Source of the DNA: Candidatus Polarisedimenticolaceae bacterium
GTDB taxonomy: Bacteria > Acidobacteriota > Polarisedimenticolia > Polarisedimenticolales > DASRJG01
Assembly: GCA_036376135.1 (NCBI GenBank)
Contig: DASVAW010000075.1
Coordinates: 3,131-67,130 of the forward strand
DNA: 64,000 bases
Reading direction: 5' to 3'
In this document: in pieces, positions 54,239 through 63,257 of the stretch
Layout of the letters: every line of letters starts with the position of its first letter
Numbering within the stretch: the stretch's first letter is position 1
Notes under the pieces: model-generated
What the model was told of the DNA's origin: nothing
Databases searched by the model: none
Seen by the model: the letters and a program-made list of their open reading frames with translations, nothing else
Translations under genes and position numbers: made by a program

Positions 54239-55219
54239 TCAGATCAGCGTCGCCCCTTGCGCGAGCCCGGGCTTCGCGAGCTCGTCGATCCGTTTCACGA
54301 GCGTCGCGTCGAGCAGGATGCCCGTCGCGGCGGCGTTCTCCTCGACCCGTTCGGGGCGGCGGGTCCCGGGGATCGGGATCACGTCGGGGCCGCGGTGGAG
54401 CAGCCACGCGAGCGCGAGCTGGGCGGGGGTGACCTCGAGCTCCTCGGCGACCGCAAGGAGCGGGGCGAAGCGGTCGCGGTTCTCCGCGAGCGCGTCCCCC
54501 GCGAAGCGCGGGTTGTTCCGACGGAAGTCGTTCGCGTCGACGCGGTCGAGCCTCCCGGTGAGGAACCCCGCGCCCAGCGGCGACCACGCGACGAGCGAGA
54601 TCCCGAGCTCGCGCAACGTGGGGAGGAGCGAGGTTTCCGCTTCCCGGCGCCACATCGAATACTCGAACTGCACCGCCGCGATCGGGTGGACGGCGTGGGC
54701 GCGCCGGACCTGCTCCGCCGTGACGTTGCTCAGGCCGAGGTGGCGCGCCTTTCCGGCGGCGACGCCTTCCGCCATCGCGGCAACCGTCTCCTCGATCGGG
54801 ACCGCGGGGTCGGGGTAGTGCGCGTACCAGAGGTCGATCGCCTCGACGCCGAGCCGCGCGAGCGAGCGGTCGAGCGCGCGGAGCGCGTAGGCGCGCGTGC
54901 CGTTGATCCTGAGGGTGAACCCCCAGCCGGTGGGAAGGGGAGTCCCGGCCTCCTCCGCGTCGAAGACGATGCCGAACTTCGTCGCGACGAACGCGTCCTT
55001 CCGGCCCCGCACCGCGCGACCGACGAGCGATTCGTTGTGGCCGTTCCCGTAGGCGTCGGCGGAGTCGATCATCGTCACGCCGACGTCGAGGGCCTTGTGG
55101 ATCGTCGCCACGGCCTGCTCGTCGTCCGAGGCGCCGTAGTACCCCTCGAGCACCATCGCGCCGTAACCGAGCGCTCCGACGGACGGGCCGTGTGGTCCCA
55201 GAGTTCGCGTGGGAATCAT
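54239..55219 (-). CDS. Aldo/keto reductase
   Basis: 326-aa track ORF with DSADAYG, ATKFG, GLSN and the AKR C-terminal IPGTRRPERVEEN. Confidence 0.9.
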   Translation of the reverse strand: MIPTRTLGPHGPSVGALGYGAMVLEGYYGASDDEQAVATIHKALDVGVTMIDSADAYGNGHNESLVGRAVRGRKDAFVATKFGIVFDAEEAGTPLPTGWGFTLRINGTRAYALRALDRSLARLGVEAIDLWYAHYPDPAVPIEETVAAMAEGVAAGKARHLGLSNVTAEQVRRAHAVHPIAAVQFEYSMWRREAETSLLPTLRELGISLVAWSPLGAGFLTGRLDRVDANDFRRNNPRFAGDALAENRDRFAPLLAVAEELEVTPAQLALAWLLHRGPDVIPIPGTRRPERVEENAAATGILLDATLVKRIDELAKPGLAQGATLI

Positions 55220-55240
55220 GCCCGTCAGTCTGGCCGGGAC

Positions 55241-55642
55241 TCAGCGACCGCGCAACACCCACGCCCGGGGGTTGTGCTCGAAGCCGAGCTTCGGGTAGTA
55301 GGCGTTCGCGTTCGGCGCGGCGAGGAGCACGATCATGCATTCGGGCCCGAGGCGCAGGCGGGTCTCCTCGATCAGTCGCTTCCCGATCCCGCTCCGCTGG
55401 CAGGCCTCGTCGACGGCGAGGTCGGCGAGGTAGGCGACGTAGGTGAAGTCGGTCAGCGTCCGCGAGATGCCCACGAGCCGGTCGCCTTCCCAGGCGGTGA
55501 TCGTGAGGTTCGCGTTCGCCAGCATCCCTTCGAAGATGTCCGGCCGGTCCACCGGGCGGCGCTCTCCGAGCGTGGACCGGCGGTACAGGTCGATGGCCTG
55601 CTCGACGGTGAGCTTGGCGTCGTCGCGGTAGCGGATGTTCAT
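55241..55642 (-). CDS. GNAT family N-acetyltransferase
   Basis: Internal ATG (MNIRYRDDAK). The acetyl-CoA motif is QRSGIGKRL. An ATGA overlap joins it to the upstream GNAT. Confidence 0.85.
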   Translation of the reverse strand: MNIRYRDDAKLTVEQAIDLYRRSTLGERRPVDRPDIFEGMLANANLTITAWEGDRLVGISRTLTDFTYVAYLADLAVDEACQRSGIGKRLIEETRLRLGPECMIVLLAAPNANAYYPKLGFEHNPRAWVLRGR

Positions 55643-56181
55643 GGTTGCTCCCGGTCGAGGACGTAGACCCGGGTGTCTCGTCGCGGGCCGCCGAGCTGGG
55701 GCCGGATCGTCGCCGCGGTTCGCACGCCCTCGAGTCTCAGCCCGAGGCGCGCGAGCAGGCGCGCCGAGCGTTCGTTCTCGAAGTCGGTGGTGGCCTGGAT
55801 GCGGCGGACCTCGGGCTGCCCGCGAAGCCACCCCAGGAGCAACCCGCACGCCTCGGAGGCGAAATGCCGTCCCCAGTGCGCCCGGCCGAGGAAGTATCCG
55901 AAGTCGGCCACCCCGTCCTCCAGCCGGACCGCGATGCACCCGACGATCGTTCCGGTCCCGGGTTCCTCGAGCGCCCAGTGATACTCGAGGCCGCTTTCCC
56001 AGCTCTCCACGCAGCCGTCCAGGTACGCCTTCGCGTCCGCCTCGCTCTCGTGCGCCGCCCAGTCGAGGTAACGCATCACCTCCGGATCCGCGGCGAGCCG
56101 GAAGATCGCGCGGGCGTCCGCGGGGGTGGACCGGCGCAGGCGGATGCGCGCGCCGTCGAAGGTCTCGGGAGGGGCGTCCAT
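55639..56181 (-). CDS. GNAT family N-acetyltransferase (RimJ/RimL-like)
   Basis: 180-aa track ORF with IRLRRSTPADA...WGRHFASEA. Confidence 0.85.
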   Translation of the reverse strand: MDAPPETFDGARIRLRRSTPADARAIFRLAADPEVMRYLDWAAHESEADAKAYLDGCVESWESGLEYHWALEEPGTGTIVGCIAVRLEDGVADFGYFLGRAHWGRHFASEACGLLLGWLRGQPEVRRIQATTDFENERSARLLARLGLRLEGVRTAATIRPQLGGPRRDTRVYVLDREQP

Positions 56182-56193
56182 CGGTCCCGGATC

Positions 56194-56592
56194 CTACAGC
56201 CTCGCGATCCACTCCTTCACGAACTCGGACAGCGCCCGGCGCTTCGCGTTGACGTCCGCCATGTCGCGGAACTTCGCCGTGCACCGATCCGAGCCGAGCC
56301 GCTCGGTCAGCCCCAAGGGGTCGGGGACCTCGCCGGTGACGTCGCCGTCCCCGACCTTCGCCCCGCGGTGGAAGATCAACTGCACGCAATCGCGCGGGCG
56401 CAGGTGGAAGGTCGCGAAGAACTCGTGGGTATGGAAGCTCGGCGCGTTCCACTTGATCCCCTCGCCGATGTCCGACGAGGCTTCGAGGATGATCTTCCGT
56501 ATCGCGAGGATCTCCGCCTTGCGCGGGTGGTCGAGGGTGTCGAGGAACGCTTCGACGGCCGCGGTGCCGGAGAGGGTCTGCTTGGACGCCAT
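56194..56592 (-). CDS. DUF1801 (YdhG-like) domain protein
   Basis: Internal ATG (MASKQTLSGT). The pattern is VEAFLDTLDHPRKAEILAIRKIIL...IKWNAPSF. Confidence 0.7.
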   Translation of the reverse strand: MASKQTLSGTAAVEAFLDTLDHPRKAEILAIRKIILEASSDIGEGIKWNAPSFHTHEFFATFHLRPRDCVQLIFHRGAKVGDGDVTGEVPDPLGLTERLGSDRCTAKFRDMADVNAKRRALSEFVKEWIARL

Positions 56593-56684
56593 CCTGGGGC
56601 CTCCTGATCGACGGCTTGGCGCAGTATGCGACTTCGCCTGTCCCGGGGTCCCCCGCATGCCTGACGTCGCGCTCCGGCGGCGCC

Positions 56685-57221
56685 TCATCGCCCCGCGTCC
56701 CGGTCGATCGCGAACTCGTATTCGACGCACCTCTCGCCCTTGAACTCCGCCGAACGGGACGAGATCCGGCGCATCCCGACCTTGCGGAGCGAGCGGATGG
56801 CGCCTTCGTTCCGGGCATCGGTGAGGGCGACCACCCGCCGCGCGGGAGTGTGCGCGAAGAGCAGCTCCACCAGCGCCCGGGTGGCTTCGGAGCCGAGACC
56901 GAGCCCCTGGTGGTCCGGGTGCATCGAGATCCCGATCTCCACGGTGGTTCCGTCGTCGGAGGGGTGGACTCCGAGGTCGCCGACCAGGACGTCGTCGGTC
57001 ACGCCGGCGATCCCGATCTGCCGCCACGCCCCCGGGACGAGCGGCGCGTCGGTCCCCTCCATGCGCAGGAAGGCGAGAGCGTCCTCGCGCGACATCGGGG
57101 TCCATCCCTGGTAGCGAGCCACGTCCGCCCGGCTTCGGAACGCCAGGAACGCGTCGAGGTCGTCCGTGCGAAGGGTGCGAAGCACGACGCGGGAGGCGCG
57201 GTGCGGAAGGCGGTCGATCAC
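56685..57221 (-). CDS. GNAT family N-acetyltransferase (RimJ/RimL-like)
   Basis: GTG at 57221 overlaps the CysK-like stop (GTGA). The motif is HQGLGLGSEA. Confidence 0.8.
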   Translation of the reverse strand: MIDRLPHRASRVVLRTLRTDDLDAFLAFRSRADVARYQGWTPMSREDALAFLRMEGTDAPLVPGAWRQIGIAGVTDDVLVGDLGVHPSDDGTTVEIGISMHPDHQGLGLGSEATRALVELLFAHTPARRVVALTDARNEGAIRSLRKVGMRRISSRSAEFKGERCVEYEFAIDRDAGR

Positions 57222-58165
57222 GACGGCGTTCCGCCGGACTCGGGCCGGCGTCCATGCACATCGGTGCTGAGGTACTTGAGTCCCGAGTCGCACATCAGCG
57301 TGACGACCGTCGCATCCGGCCCGAGGCGCTCGGCGACACGCAGCGCCGCGACGACGTTCGCCCCCGAGGAGGTCCCGGCGAACAACCCTTCCTCCCGCGC
57401 CAGGCGCCGCGCCATCGCCTTGGCTTCCTCGGTCGGAACCGCGAGGACCTCGTCGACGAGCGACGGTTCCCACAGCGGCGGCACGTAACCGATCCCCACC
57501 CCCTCGATCTTGTGGGGGCCGGGTTTCCCTCCGAGCAGCACCGACGATTCGGCCGGCTCGACGCAGACGAGGCGCACCCGCGGATCCCGCCGCTTCAGGA
57601 CCTCCGCCACCCCGCGCGACGACGCCGCCGTCCCGACGGTGTGGACGAAGGCGTCGACCTTCCCTCCGGTCTGGCTCCAGATCTCCTCGCCCAGTGGGTG
57701 ATACCCCGCGACGCTGTCGAGGTTGCGGAGCTGGTCGGTCCAGAAGGTGTTCGGCGCCGTGCTCAACCCGCGCGCCGTCTCGATCATGTCGAGGATGAGC
57801 TTCTTCGTCGTCAGCCCGCCCTCGCTCGGAACGAGGACGAGCTCCGCCCCGAGCGCCTCCATGTGGTCGCGCTTCTCCCTGCTGAACGCGTCGGAGGTGA
57901 CGATGCGGATCCGGTACCCCTTGGCGGCGCACACCAGCGCGAGCGAGGTCCCCGTGCTGCCGCCCGTGTACTCGACGACGGCTCCGCCCGGTCTCAGACG
58001 GCCGTCGGCCTCCGCGCGCGAGATTGCGGCGAGGGCCATCCGGTCCTTCATGCTCCCGGTGGGGTTCTCCCACTCGAGCTTCGCGAGGATCCGCGCGCCT
58101 CCGGGCGGAGCGAGCTTGCCGAGGCGGACGATCGAGGTGTTGCCGATGGCCGAGAGAAGGTTCAC
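57218..58165 (-). CDS. Cysteine synthase-family PLP enzyme with atypical substrate loop
   Basis: GTG at 58165 overlaps the ABM gene stop. The PLP lysine motif is GSMKDR. The canonical TSGNTG loop reads TGGSTG here, whereas the CBS gene in this window has the canonical TSGNTG. Confidence 0.85.
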   Translation of the reverse strand: MNLLSAIGNTSIVRLGKLAPPGGARILAKLEWENPTGSMKDRMALAAISRAEADGRLRPGGAVVEYTGGSTGTSLALVCAAKGYRIRIVTSDAFSREKRDHMEALGAELVLVPSEGGLTTKKLILDMIETARGLSTAPNTFWTDQLRNLDSVAGYHPLGEEIWSQTGGKVDAFVHTVGTAASSRGVAEVLKRRDPRVRLVCVEPAESSVLLGGKPGPHKIEGVGIGYVPPLWEPSLVDEVLAVPTEEAKAMARRLAREEGLFAGTSSGANVVAALRVAERLGPDATVVTLMCDSGLKYLSTDVHGRRPESGGTPS

Positions 58166-58473
58166 GCTTCGTCCTCGTCGAAGATGCCGAGCAGGGCCTC
58201 GCGCTCGGTCAGAGCCTCGCACGCGGCATCGAGCGCCTCGTACTCCGTCGCGTACCGTTGCCGGAAGGCCTCGAAATCCGCTTCGCTCCGCCAGCGGTCG
58301 ATCGTCACGTACCGGTTGGGGACCGATCGGTCCCGGAGCAGGATCGTCCCGCGGTACCCCGGAGCCCGGCGGAACAACACGGCCCAGCGGCCGGTCGCGC
58401 CGTAGACCCGCTCGAACTCCGCCTGGCGGTCGGGAGGGACGTCGAACTGCCAGAGGCGCGCGTGGCCGCTCAT
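58162..58473 (-). CDS. ABM (antibiotic biosynthesis monooxygenase-like) domain protein
   Basis: 103-aa track ORF. It has a ferredoxin-like pattern with YVTIDRWRSEADFEAF. Confidence 0.6.
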   Translation of the reverse strand: MSGHARLWQFDVPPDRQAEFERVYGATGRWAVLFRRAPGYRGTILLRDRSVPNRYVTIDRWRSEADFEAFRQRYATEYEALDAACEALTEREALLGIFDEDEA

Positions 58474-58502
58474 CCCGGCGGCCTTATACGCTCCACTCCG
58501 TC

Positions 58503-58534
58503 CAAAGGAAAGGGCGAGGCCTTCGCCTCGCCCT
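58503..58534 (-). terminator. Rho-independent terminator downstream of korB
   Basis: On the minus strand: AGGGCGAGGC-GAAG-GCCTCGCCCT (10-bp perfect stem) followed by TTCCTTTGG. It lies 27 nt after the korB stop. Confidence 0.65.
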
Positions 58535-58560
58535 CTTCCGGACCCGAAAGGGAACGGACG

Positions 58561-59574
58561 TTACTTCACGTCCCACGTCTCGCCGCTGTAGATCAGCTTC
58601 TCGAGGTCGCCTTCGCCGAGTTTCGCGATCACCGCCGCCATCTGGGCGGCCATTCCCTCGTCGAGGGACTGCGTGGGGTTGTGCCGGAAGACCCCGATCG
58701 GCAGCGGGAAGTTCGGCTGCTCCATCTGCGCGAGCATGAACGCGTAGGCGGCGGGACCCTTCTCGTCGTGCACGATGAGGTCTTTCTCCGTGATGCCTTC
58801 GCCGAGGTGCACGACCTCCGGGACGAAGGGGCTCTTCATGCGGATCCCCATGTCCTTGTTCTTGCCGAAGATCAGGGGCTCGCCGTGCCGGAGGGGAAGG
58901 AGGTTGTCGTCGCGGACGTCCTTCTCGCGGACCGAGTCCCAGGCGCCGTCGTTGAAGATGTTGCAGTTCTGGAGGATCTCGACGAACGCCGTCCCCTTGT
59001 GCTCTCCGGCCCGCTTCAGCACCTCCTTGAGGTGAGGCGTGTAGACGTCGACGCCGCGCGCGAGGAAGGTCGCGCGGGTGCCGATGGCCACGGCGAGGGG
59101 GTTGAACGGGCGATCGAGAGTGCCGTAGGGACTCGACTTCGTGCGCTTGCCGAGCTCGGAAGTGGGGGAGTACTGCCCCTTGGTGAGTCCGTAGATCTTG
59201 TTGTTGAACATCAGGATCTTGACGTCGACGTTGCGGCGCATCGTGTGGATCAGGTGGTTGCCGCCGATCGAGAGGGCATCCCCGTCGCCGGTGGCGATCC
59301 ACACCGACAGCTTCGGGTTCGCGATCTTGATCCCGGTGGCGACCGAGGGGGCACGGCCGTGGATCGAGTGGAAGCCGAAGGTGTTCACGTAATACGGGAA
59401 CCGGCTCGAGCAGCCGATCCCCGACACGATCACGAAGTTCTCCTTCGGGATGCCGAGCTCGGGGAAGACCGACTGGACTGCGGAGAGGATCGCGTAGTCC
59501 CCGCAGCCGGGGCACCAGCGCACCTCCTGGTCGGAGACGAAGTCCTTCTTGGTGAGGGCCGGGGCGGTGCTCAT
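58561..59574 (-). CDS. korB: 2-oxoglutarate/2-oxoacid:ferredoxin oxidoreductase beta subunit
   Basis: Internal ATG (MSTAPALTKKDF). Motifs are WCPGCGD and the TPP motif IATGDGDALSIGGNH. An ATGA overlap joins it to korA. Confidence 0.9.
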   Translation of the reverse strand: MSTAPALTKKDFVSDQEVRWCPGCGDYAILSAVQSVFPELGIPKENFVIVSGIGCSSRFPYYVNTFGFHSIHGRAPSVATGIKIANPKLSVWIATGDGDALSIGGNHLIHTMRRNVDVKILMFNNKIYGLTKGQYSPTSELGKRTKSSPYGTLDRPFNPLAVAIGTRATFLARGVDVYTPHLKEVLKRAGEHKGTAFVEILQNCNIFNDGAWDSVREKDVRDDNLLPLRHGEPLIFGKNKDMGIRMKSPFVPEVVHLGEGITEKDLIVHDEKGPAAYAFMLAQMEQPNFPLPIGVFRHNPTQSLDEGMAAQMAAVIAKLGEGDLEKLIYSGETWDVK

Positions 59575-61442
59575 CGGATCGCTCCTTCCGGAGTCATTTC
59601 CCGGATGCGGTCGAGGATCTCGCTCTCGCGGTAGGGCTGCCCCTGGACCTTCGTCATCGGGGTGACGTCCTTCAGGAACGTGCCGCGGAGGATGAAGGCG
59701 AGCTGGCCGAGGTTGATCTCGGGGACGAGGACCCTGTCGTAGTGCGAGAGGACCTCGCCGAGGTTCTCGGGGAACGGGTTGAGGTGGCGCAGGTGCAGGT
59801 GGCCGACCTTGCGCCCCTCGGCGCGGGCGCGGCGGACGGCGCCGGTGATCGCGCCCCACGTCGACCCCCAGCCGATCACGAGCAGGCCGTCCTGGTCCCC
59901 TTCCACCTCGGCTGGCGGGAAGTCCTTCGCGACGCGGTTCACCTTCTCGGCGCGCAGGTGGATCATCCTCTCGTGATTGGCGGGGTCGTAGGAGATGTTC
60001 CCGACGCCGTCGGCCTTCTCGAGGCCGCCGATCCGATGCTCGAGGCCCGGGGTCCCCGGAAGCGCCCACGGGCGGGCGAGCGTCTCGGGGTCGCGCAGGT
60101 ACGGGAAGAACCCGTCGGGATCGCGGCGGTAGTTGACGGTGATCGGCGGGAGGTCCGAGAGCTTCGGAAGGCGCCACGGCTCGGCGCCGTTCGCGATGAA
60201 CCCGTCCGACAGGAGGATCACCGGGGTCATGTGCTTGGTCGCGAGGCGGACCGCCTCGTAGGCGAGCTCGAAGCAGTCGGAGGGGGACTTCGCCGCGAGG
60301 ACGATCAGCGGAGCCTCTCCGGGGCGACCGAAGACCGCCTGGAAGAGGTCGGCCTGCTCGGTCTTGGTCGGAAGGCCCGTCGAGGGGCCTCCGCGCTGGA
60401 TGTTCACGATCACGAGCGGGAGCTCGGTCATGATCGCGAGACCGATGAACTCCATCTTGAGCGCCATCCCGGGTCCGGAGGTCGTCGTGAGGCCGATCTG
60501 CCCCGCGAACGACGCGCCGATGGCGGCGCCGATGGCTGCGATCTCGTCCTCCGCCTGGAAGGTCGTGACGCCGTAGTGCTTGAATCCCGACAACTCGTGG
60601 AGGATGTCCGATGCCGGGGTGATCGGGTACGAGCCGAGGAACAGCGGGACCCCCGCCTTCTTCGCGGCGGTCACGAACCCGAGGGCGAGCGCCTGGTTCC
60701 CGGCGATGTTGCGGTACGTGCCGGCCTTGAGCTTGGCGGCGGGGACCTCGTAGGTCGCCTGGAACAATTCGGTCGCCTCGCAGTAGGCGTAGCCGGCCTT
60801 GAGGGAGAGCTTGTTCGCCTCGGCCATGTCCGGCGTCTTCCCGAACTTGTCGTCGATCCACTTCAGGGACACTTCCATCGACCGGTTGTAGAGGTAGTAC
60901 ATCATCCCGAGCGCGAAGAAGTTCTTGCAGCGGTCCTGGATGCGCTGGGGAAGCCCCGTGTCCTTGAGGGCCGTGCGCGTCAGGCGCGTGATCTCCACGG
61001 GGTGGACGCGGAACGCGGCGAGCGAGCCGTCCTCGAGCGGGTTCTTGTGGTAGCCGGCCTTCGCGAGATCGGTGTCCTTGAAGCTGTCGGTGTTCACGAT
61101 GATGATCCCGTTGGGCTTCAGGTCCTTGACGTTGACCTTGAGCGCGGCGGGGTTCATCGCCACCAGCACGTCGGGGGCGTCGCCCGGGGTGAAGATGTCC
61201 TCGGAGGAGAAGTTCACCTGGAACCCCGAGACCCCGGGGATCGTCCCGGCCGGCGCGCGGATCTCGGCGGGGTAGTCCGGGAAGGTCGCGAGATCGTTTC
61301 CGACGGCGGCGGCCGTCGCGGTGAACTGGGTCCCCGTCAGCTGCATCCCGTCGCCGGAGTCTCCCGCGAAACGGATGACGACGCGGTCGACCTTCTCGAC
61401 GTGGTGTTTGGGATGCGCGGAATCGGTGGTGGAGGTGCTCAC
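59571..61442 (-). CDS. korA: 2-oxoglutarate/2-oxoacid:ferredoxin oxidoreductase alpha subunit
   Basis: 623-aa track ORF with a GTG start. Motifs are SYPITPASDI and TTSGPGMALK. Confidence 0.9.
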   Translation of the reverse strand: MSTSTTDSAHPKHHVEKVDRVVIRFAGDSGDGMQLTGTQFTATAAAVGNDLATFPDYPAEIRAPAGTIPGVSGFQVNFSSEDIFTPGDAPDVLVAMNPAALKVNVKDLKPNGIIIVNTDSFKDTDLAKAGYHKNPLEDGSLAAFRVHPVEITRLTRTALKDTGLPQRIQDRCKNFFALGMMYYLYNRSMEVSLKWIDDKFGKTPDMAEANKLSLKAGYAYCEATELFQATYEVPAAKLKAGTYRNIAGNQALALGFVTAAKKAGVPLFLGSYPITPASDILHELSGFKHYGVTTFQAEDEIAAIGAAIGASFAGQIGLTTTSGPGMALKMEFIGLAIMTELPLVIVNIQRGGPSTGLPTKTEQADLFQAVFGRPGEAPLIVLAAKSPSDCFELAYEAVRLATKHMTPVILLSDGFIANGAEPWRLPKLSDLPPITVNYRRDPDGFFPYLRDPETLARPWALPGTPGLEHRIGGLEKADGVGNISYDPANHERMIHLRAEKVNRVAKDFPPAEVEGDQDGLLVIGWGSTWGAITGAVRRARAEGRKVGHLHLRHLNPFPENLGEVLSHYDRVLVPEINLGQLAFILRGTFLKDVTPMTKVQGQPYRESEILDRIREMTPEGAIR

Positions 61443-61461
61443 GTTCGATCCGAGGGCGCAG

Positions 61462-61535
61462 CCGGAAAAGGCGGACCTTCCGCCGATCCGGCGCGCACAC
61501 CCGGCATTATGGGGGATCGTGCGAAGAGCTTACAA
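61462..61535 (-). promoter_or_regulatory. Candidate korAB promoter (TTGTAA-18-CATAAT) and structured leader hairpin
   Basis: The -35 is at 61530-61535 and the -10 at 61506-61511 (minus strand). The leader stem-loop at 61462-61491 reads CCGGA-tc-GGCGGA-agg-TCCGCC-ttt-TCCGG, about 20 nt upstream of the GTG start. Confidence 0.35.
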
Positions 61536-61553
61536 ATGCCCGAAGTCAGGCGG

Positions 61554-62477
61554 TCAACTGACGTCGGTCAATTTCCTCATGAGCCACGCGAGCCGCCCGC
61601 GCACGGAATCGGCGTCGGGGGCCTGGGGAACCCGGGCGAGGTAGTGCTCCAGGTCGGCGATGGCGGCGGTGGGGCGCCCCATGTGGGCCAGGAGCAACCC
61701 GCGGTCGCGGATCTCGCGGGCGTCGTCGGGCTGGACGACGAGCAGCCTCTCGACGCATCCGAGGGCCTTGTCGTAACTCCCCTGCGCGAGGTGGATCCGC
61801 TTCAGGTTCAGCAGGAGGCGCGAGAGCATCTGCGACCCCGAGGCCCCTTCGAGGATGTCCCGGCGGAACAGCGCGACCCGGCCGGTCGTCCGGAAGACCA
61901 GGTCGCGGCAGTCCTCCTCGGTGATGATCGCGCCGGCGTGGAACGGGTCGACGAACACCGTCCGGCCCTGCTCGTCGACGCGGACGACGAAGTGCCCGGG
62001 GAGGGCCACGCCACGCACGATGAGCCCCGCGCGGGCGGCGACCTCGAGGTAGAGCAGGGAGAGCGTGAGCGGGATCCCGAGCCGGCGGTCGAGGACCTCG
62101 TTGAGGTAGGAGTTCCTCGGGTCGTCGTACGACTCCGAGTTCCCCTGGAAGCGAAGCTCCTCGAAGAGGAACTCGCGGACCGCGTCGACGCGGGCGAAGG
62201 GGTTCGCGCGGGCGACCACCCGACGCGCCGCCTCGCCGCCGAGCGTGTCCACCCGCCGCATCTCCCGCTCGACGTCGAGGCCGGGGTACTCCTCGGCCGC
62301 GATCCACAACGCGGCCTCGAGGAGGTCCATGTCGGGGCCCCGCGCCACCTGCTCCATCAGCCGGGAGCGAGCGGCGACGGCGTGCGCCTCCAGCCTGGGA
62401 ACCGGCGACGGGTCCCCCCGGCCGACGTCCCCTCGGGACGCCGACGCGGTCGGGGGGCGCAGCGGCTCGCCGGTCAC
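61554..62477 (-). CDS. SirB1/UPF0162-like protein (transglutaminase-like N-domain plus TPR)
   Basis: The family pattern is LLEAALWIAAEEYPGLD...YDDPRNSYLNEVLDRRLGIPLTLSLLY...PGHFVVRV, with C-terminal TPR repeats. The GTG at 62477 is chosen because of the GTGA overlap and >90% GC3 upstream of the first ATG (62357). Confidence 0.7.
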   Translation of the reverse strand: MTGEPLRPPTASASRGDVGRGDPSPVPRLEAHAVAARSRLMEQVARGPDMDLLEAALWIAAEEYPGLDVEREMRRVDTLGGEAARRVVARANPFARVDAVREFLFEELRFQGNSESYDDPRNSYLNEVLDRRLGIPLTLSLLYLEVAARAGLIVRGVALPGHFVVRVDEQGRTVFVDPFHAGAIITEEDCRDLVFRTTGRVALFRRDILEGASGSQMLSRLLLNLKRIHLAQGSYDKALGCVERLLVVQPDDAREIRDRGLLLAHMGRPTAAIADLEHYLARVPQAPDADSVRGRLAWLMRKLTDVS

Positions 62478-63103
62478 GCGATCCCCTCCAGACGGCGTCC
62501 CGGTACGGCCTTGAGGATGAGGCGCCGTCGGGCGTAGTCCAGCTTGCGGCGCTCGCCGTCGCCGAGGTCCTCCTCGATGGACGCGAGCAGTTGCGCGGCC
62601 TCGGAGTAGCGGCGCGCCTGGAAGGCGGCGTCGGCGCGGCGGCGCACGAGCTTCACGCGCGCCTCGCGCACGAGACGCTCGGATTCGCGGCGCCACTGCT
62701 CGAGGACGTTCTGCTGGTGGGTCTCGAGGTCGGGCCAGCGGGAGAAGTCGCCGCGCAAGAGCTCCTCGCAGAAGCGGCGCAGCAGTCCCGACTGGCGCTC
62801 GACCTCGTCGCGCGCCTCCTCGGGGCCCCAGGGGTAGCGCGGCAGGAACAGGATCTCGGGGTCGGTCGCGCCGACGATGAACGACAGGCGCACCGAGCGG
62901 CCGGTCGTCGCGGGGCGGATCGAGACCACGACCGAGCCCCAGTCGAGCTCGACGATGACCTCGCTGTGCTCGTGGATCGCGGTGAAGGCGTATTCGTCGT
63001 CGCGAGTGAACCGGTAGCCGTAGTCCTTCTCCAGGAACGCGAACGCGCGCGGGACGCTCTCCTGGAAGGCGTCGAGGACGGTCTGGATCTTCACGTTCGT
63101 CAT
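62474..63103 (-). CDS. Hypothetical protein (209 aa)
   Basis: Start set at ATG 63103 (MTNVKIQTVLDAF) because GC3 drops from ~95% to ~66% upstream of it. No family recognised. Confidence 0.6.
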   Translation of the reverse strand: MTNVKIQTVLDAFQESVPRAFAFLEKDYGYRFTRDDEYAFTAIHEHSEVIVELDWGSVVVSIRPATTGRSVRLSFIVGATDPEILFLPRYPWGPEEARDEVERQSGLLRRFCEELLRGDFSRWPDLETHQQNVLEQWRRESERLVREARVKLVRRRADAAFQARRYSEAAQLLASIEEDLGDGERRKLDYARRRLILKAVPGRRLEGIA

Positions 63104-63257
63104 GCCACCCGCGAGCGCGCGAGATTCCTCGCGCGAAGGGGCGGAACGTACGACGGGGTGCGGGGTACGGCCATTGAAATAGACGTACTCGCGCCGCGAA
63201 AAACGCGCTCGATCCAAGGAGCTTCCGCGGTGTCGGCGATGTCGGGGGACCGCCCGT

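Noticed and set aside
61464-61484. The hairpin GGCGGA-agg-TCCGCC followed by UUUU on the minus strand as an intrinsic terminator for the SirB1-like gene.
   Set aside because: It lies downstream of the only plausible korAB promoter and only ~20 nt from the korA start. The U-run can also pair into an outer CCGGA/TCCGG helix. It is treated as a leader structure rather than called as a terminator.
63116-63135. Perfect 8-bp stem with a GAAT tetraloop (CGCGCGAG-gaat-CTCGCGCG on the minus strand) as a terminator for the acylase gene.
   Set aside because: No U-tract follows, and it lies 13 nt upstream of the next start codon. It is more likely an incidental GC-rich 5' UTR hairpin, with not enough evidence for any function.
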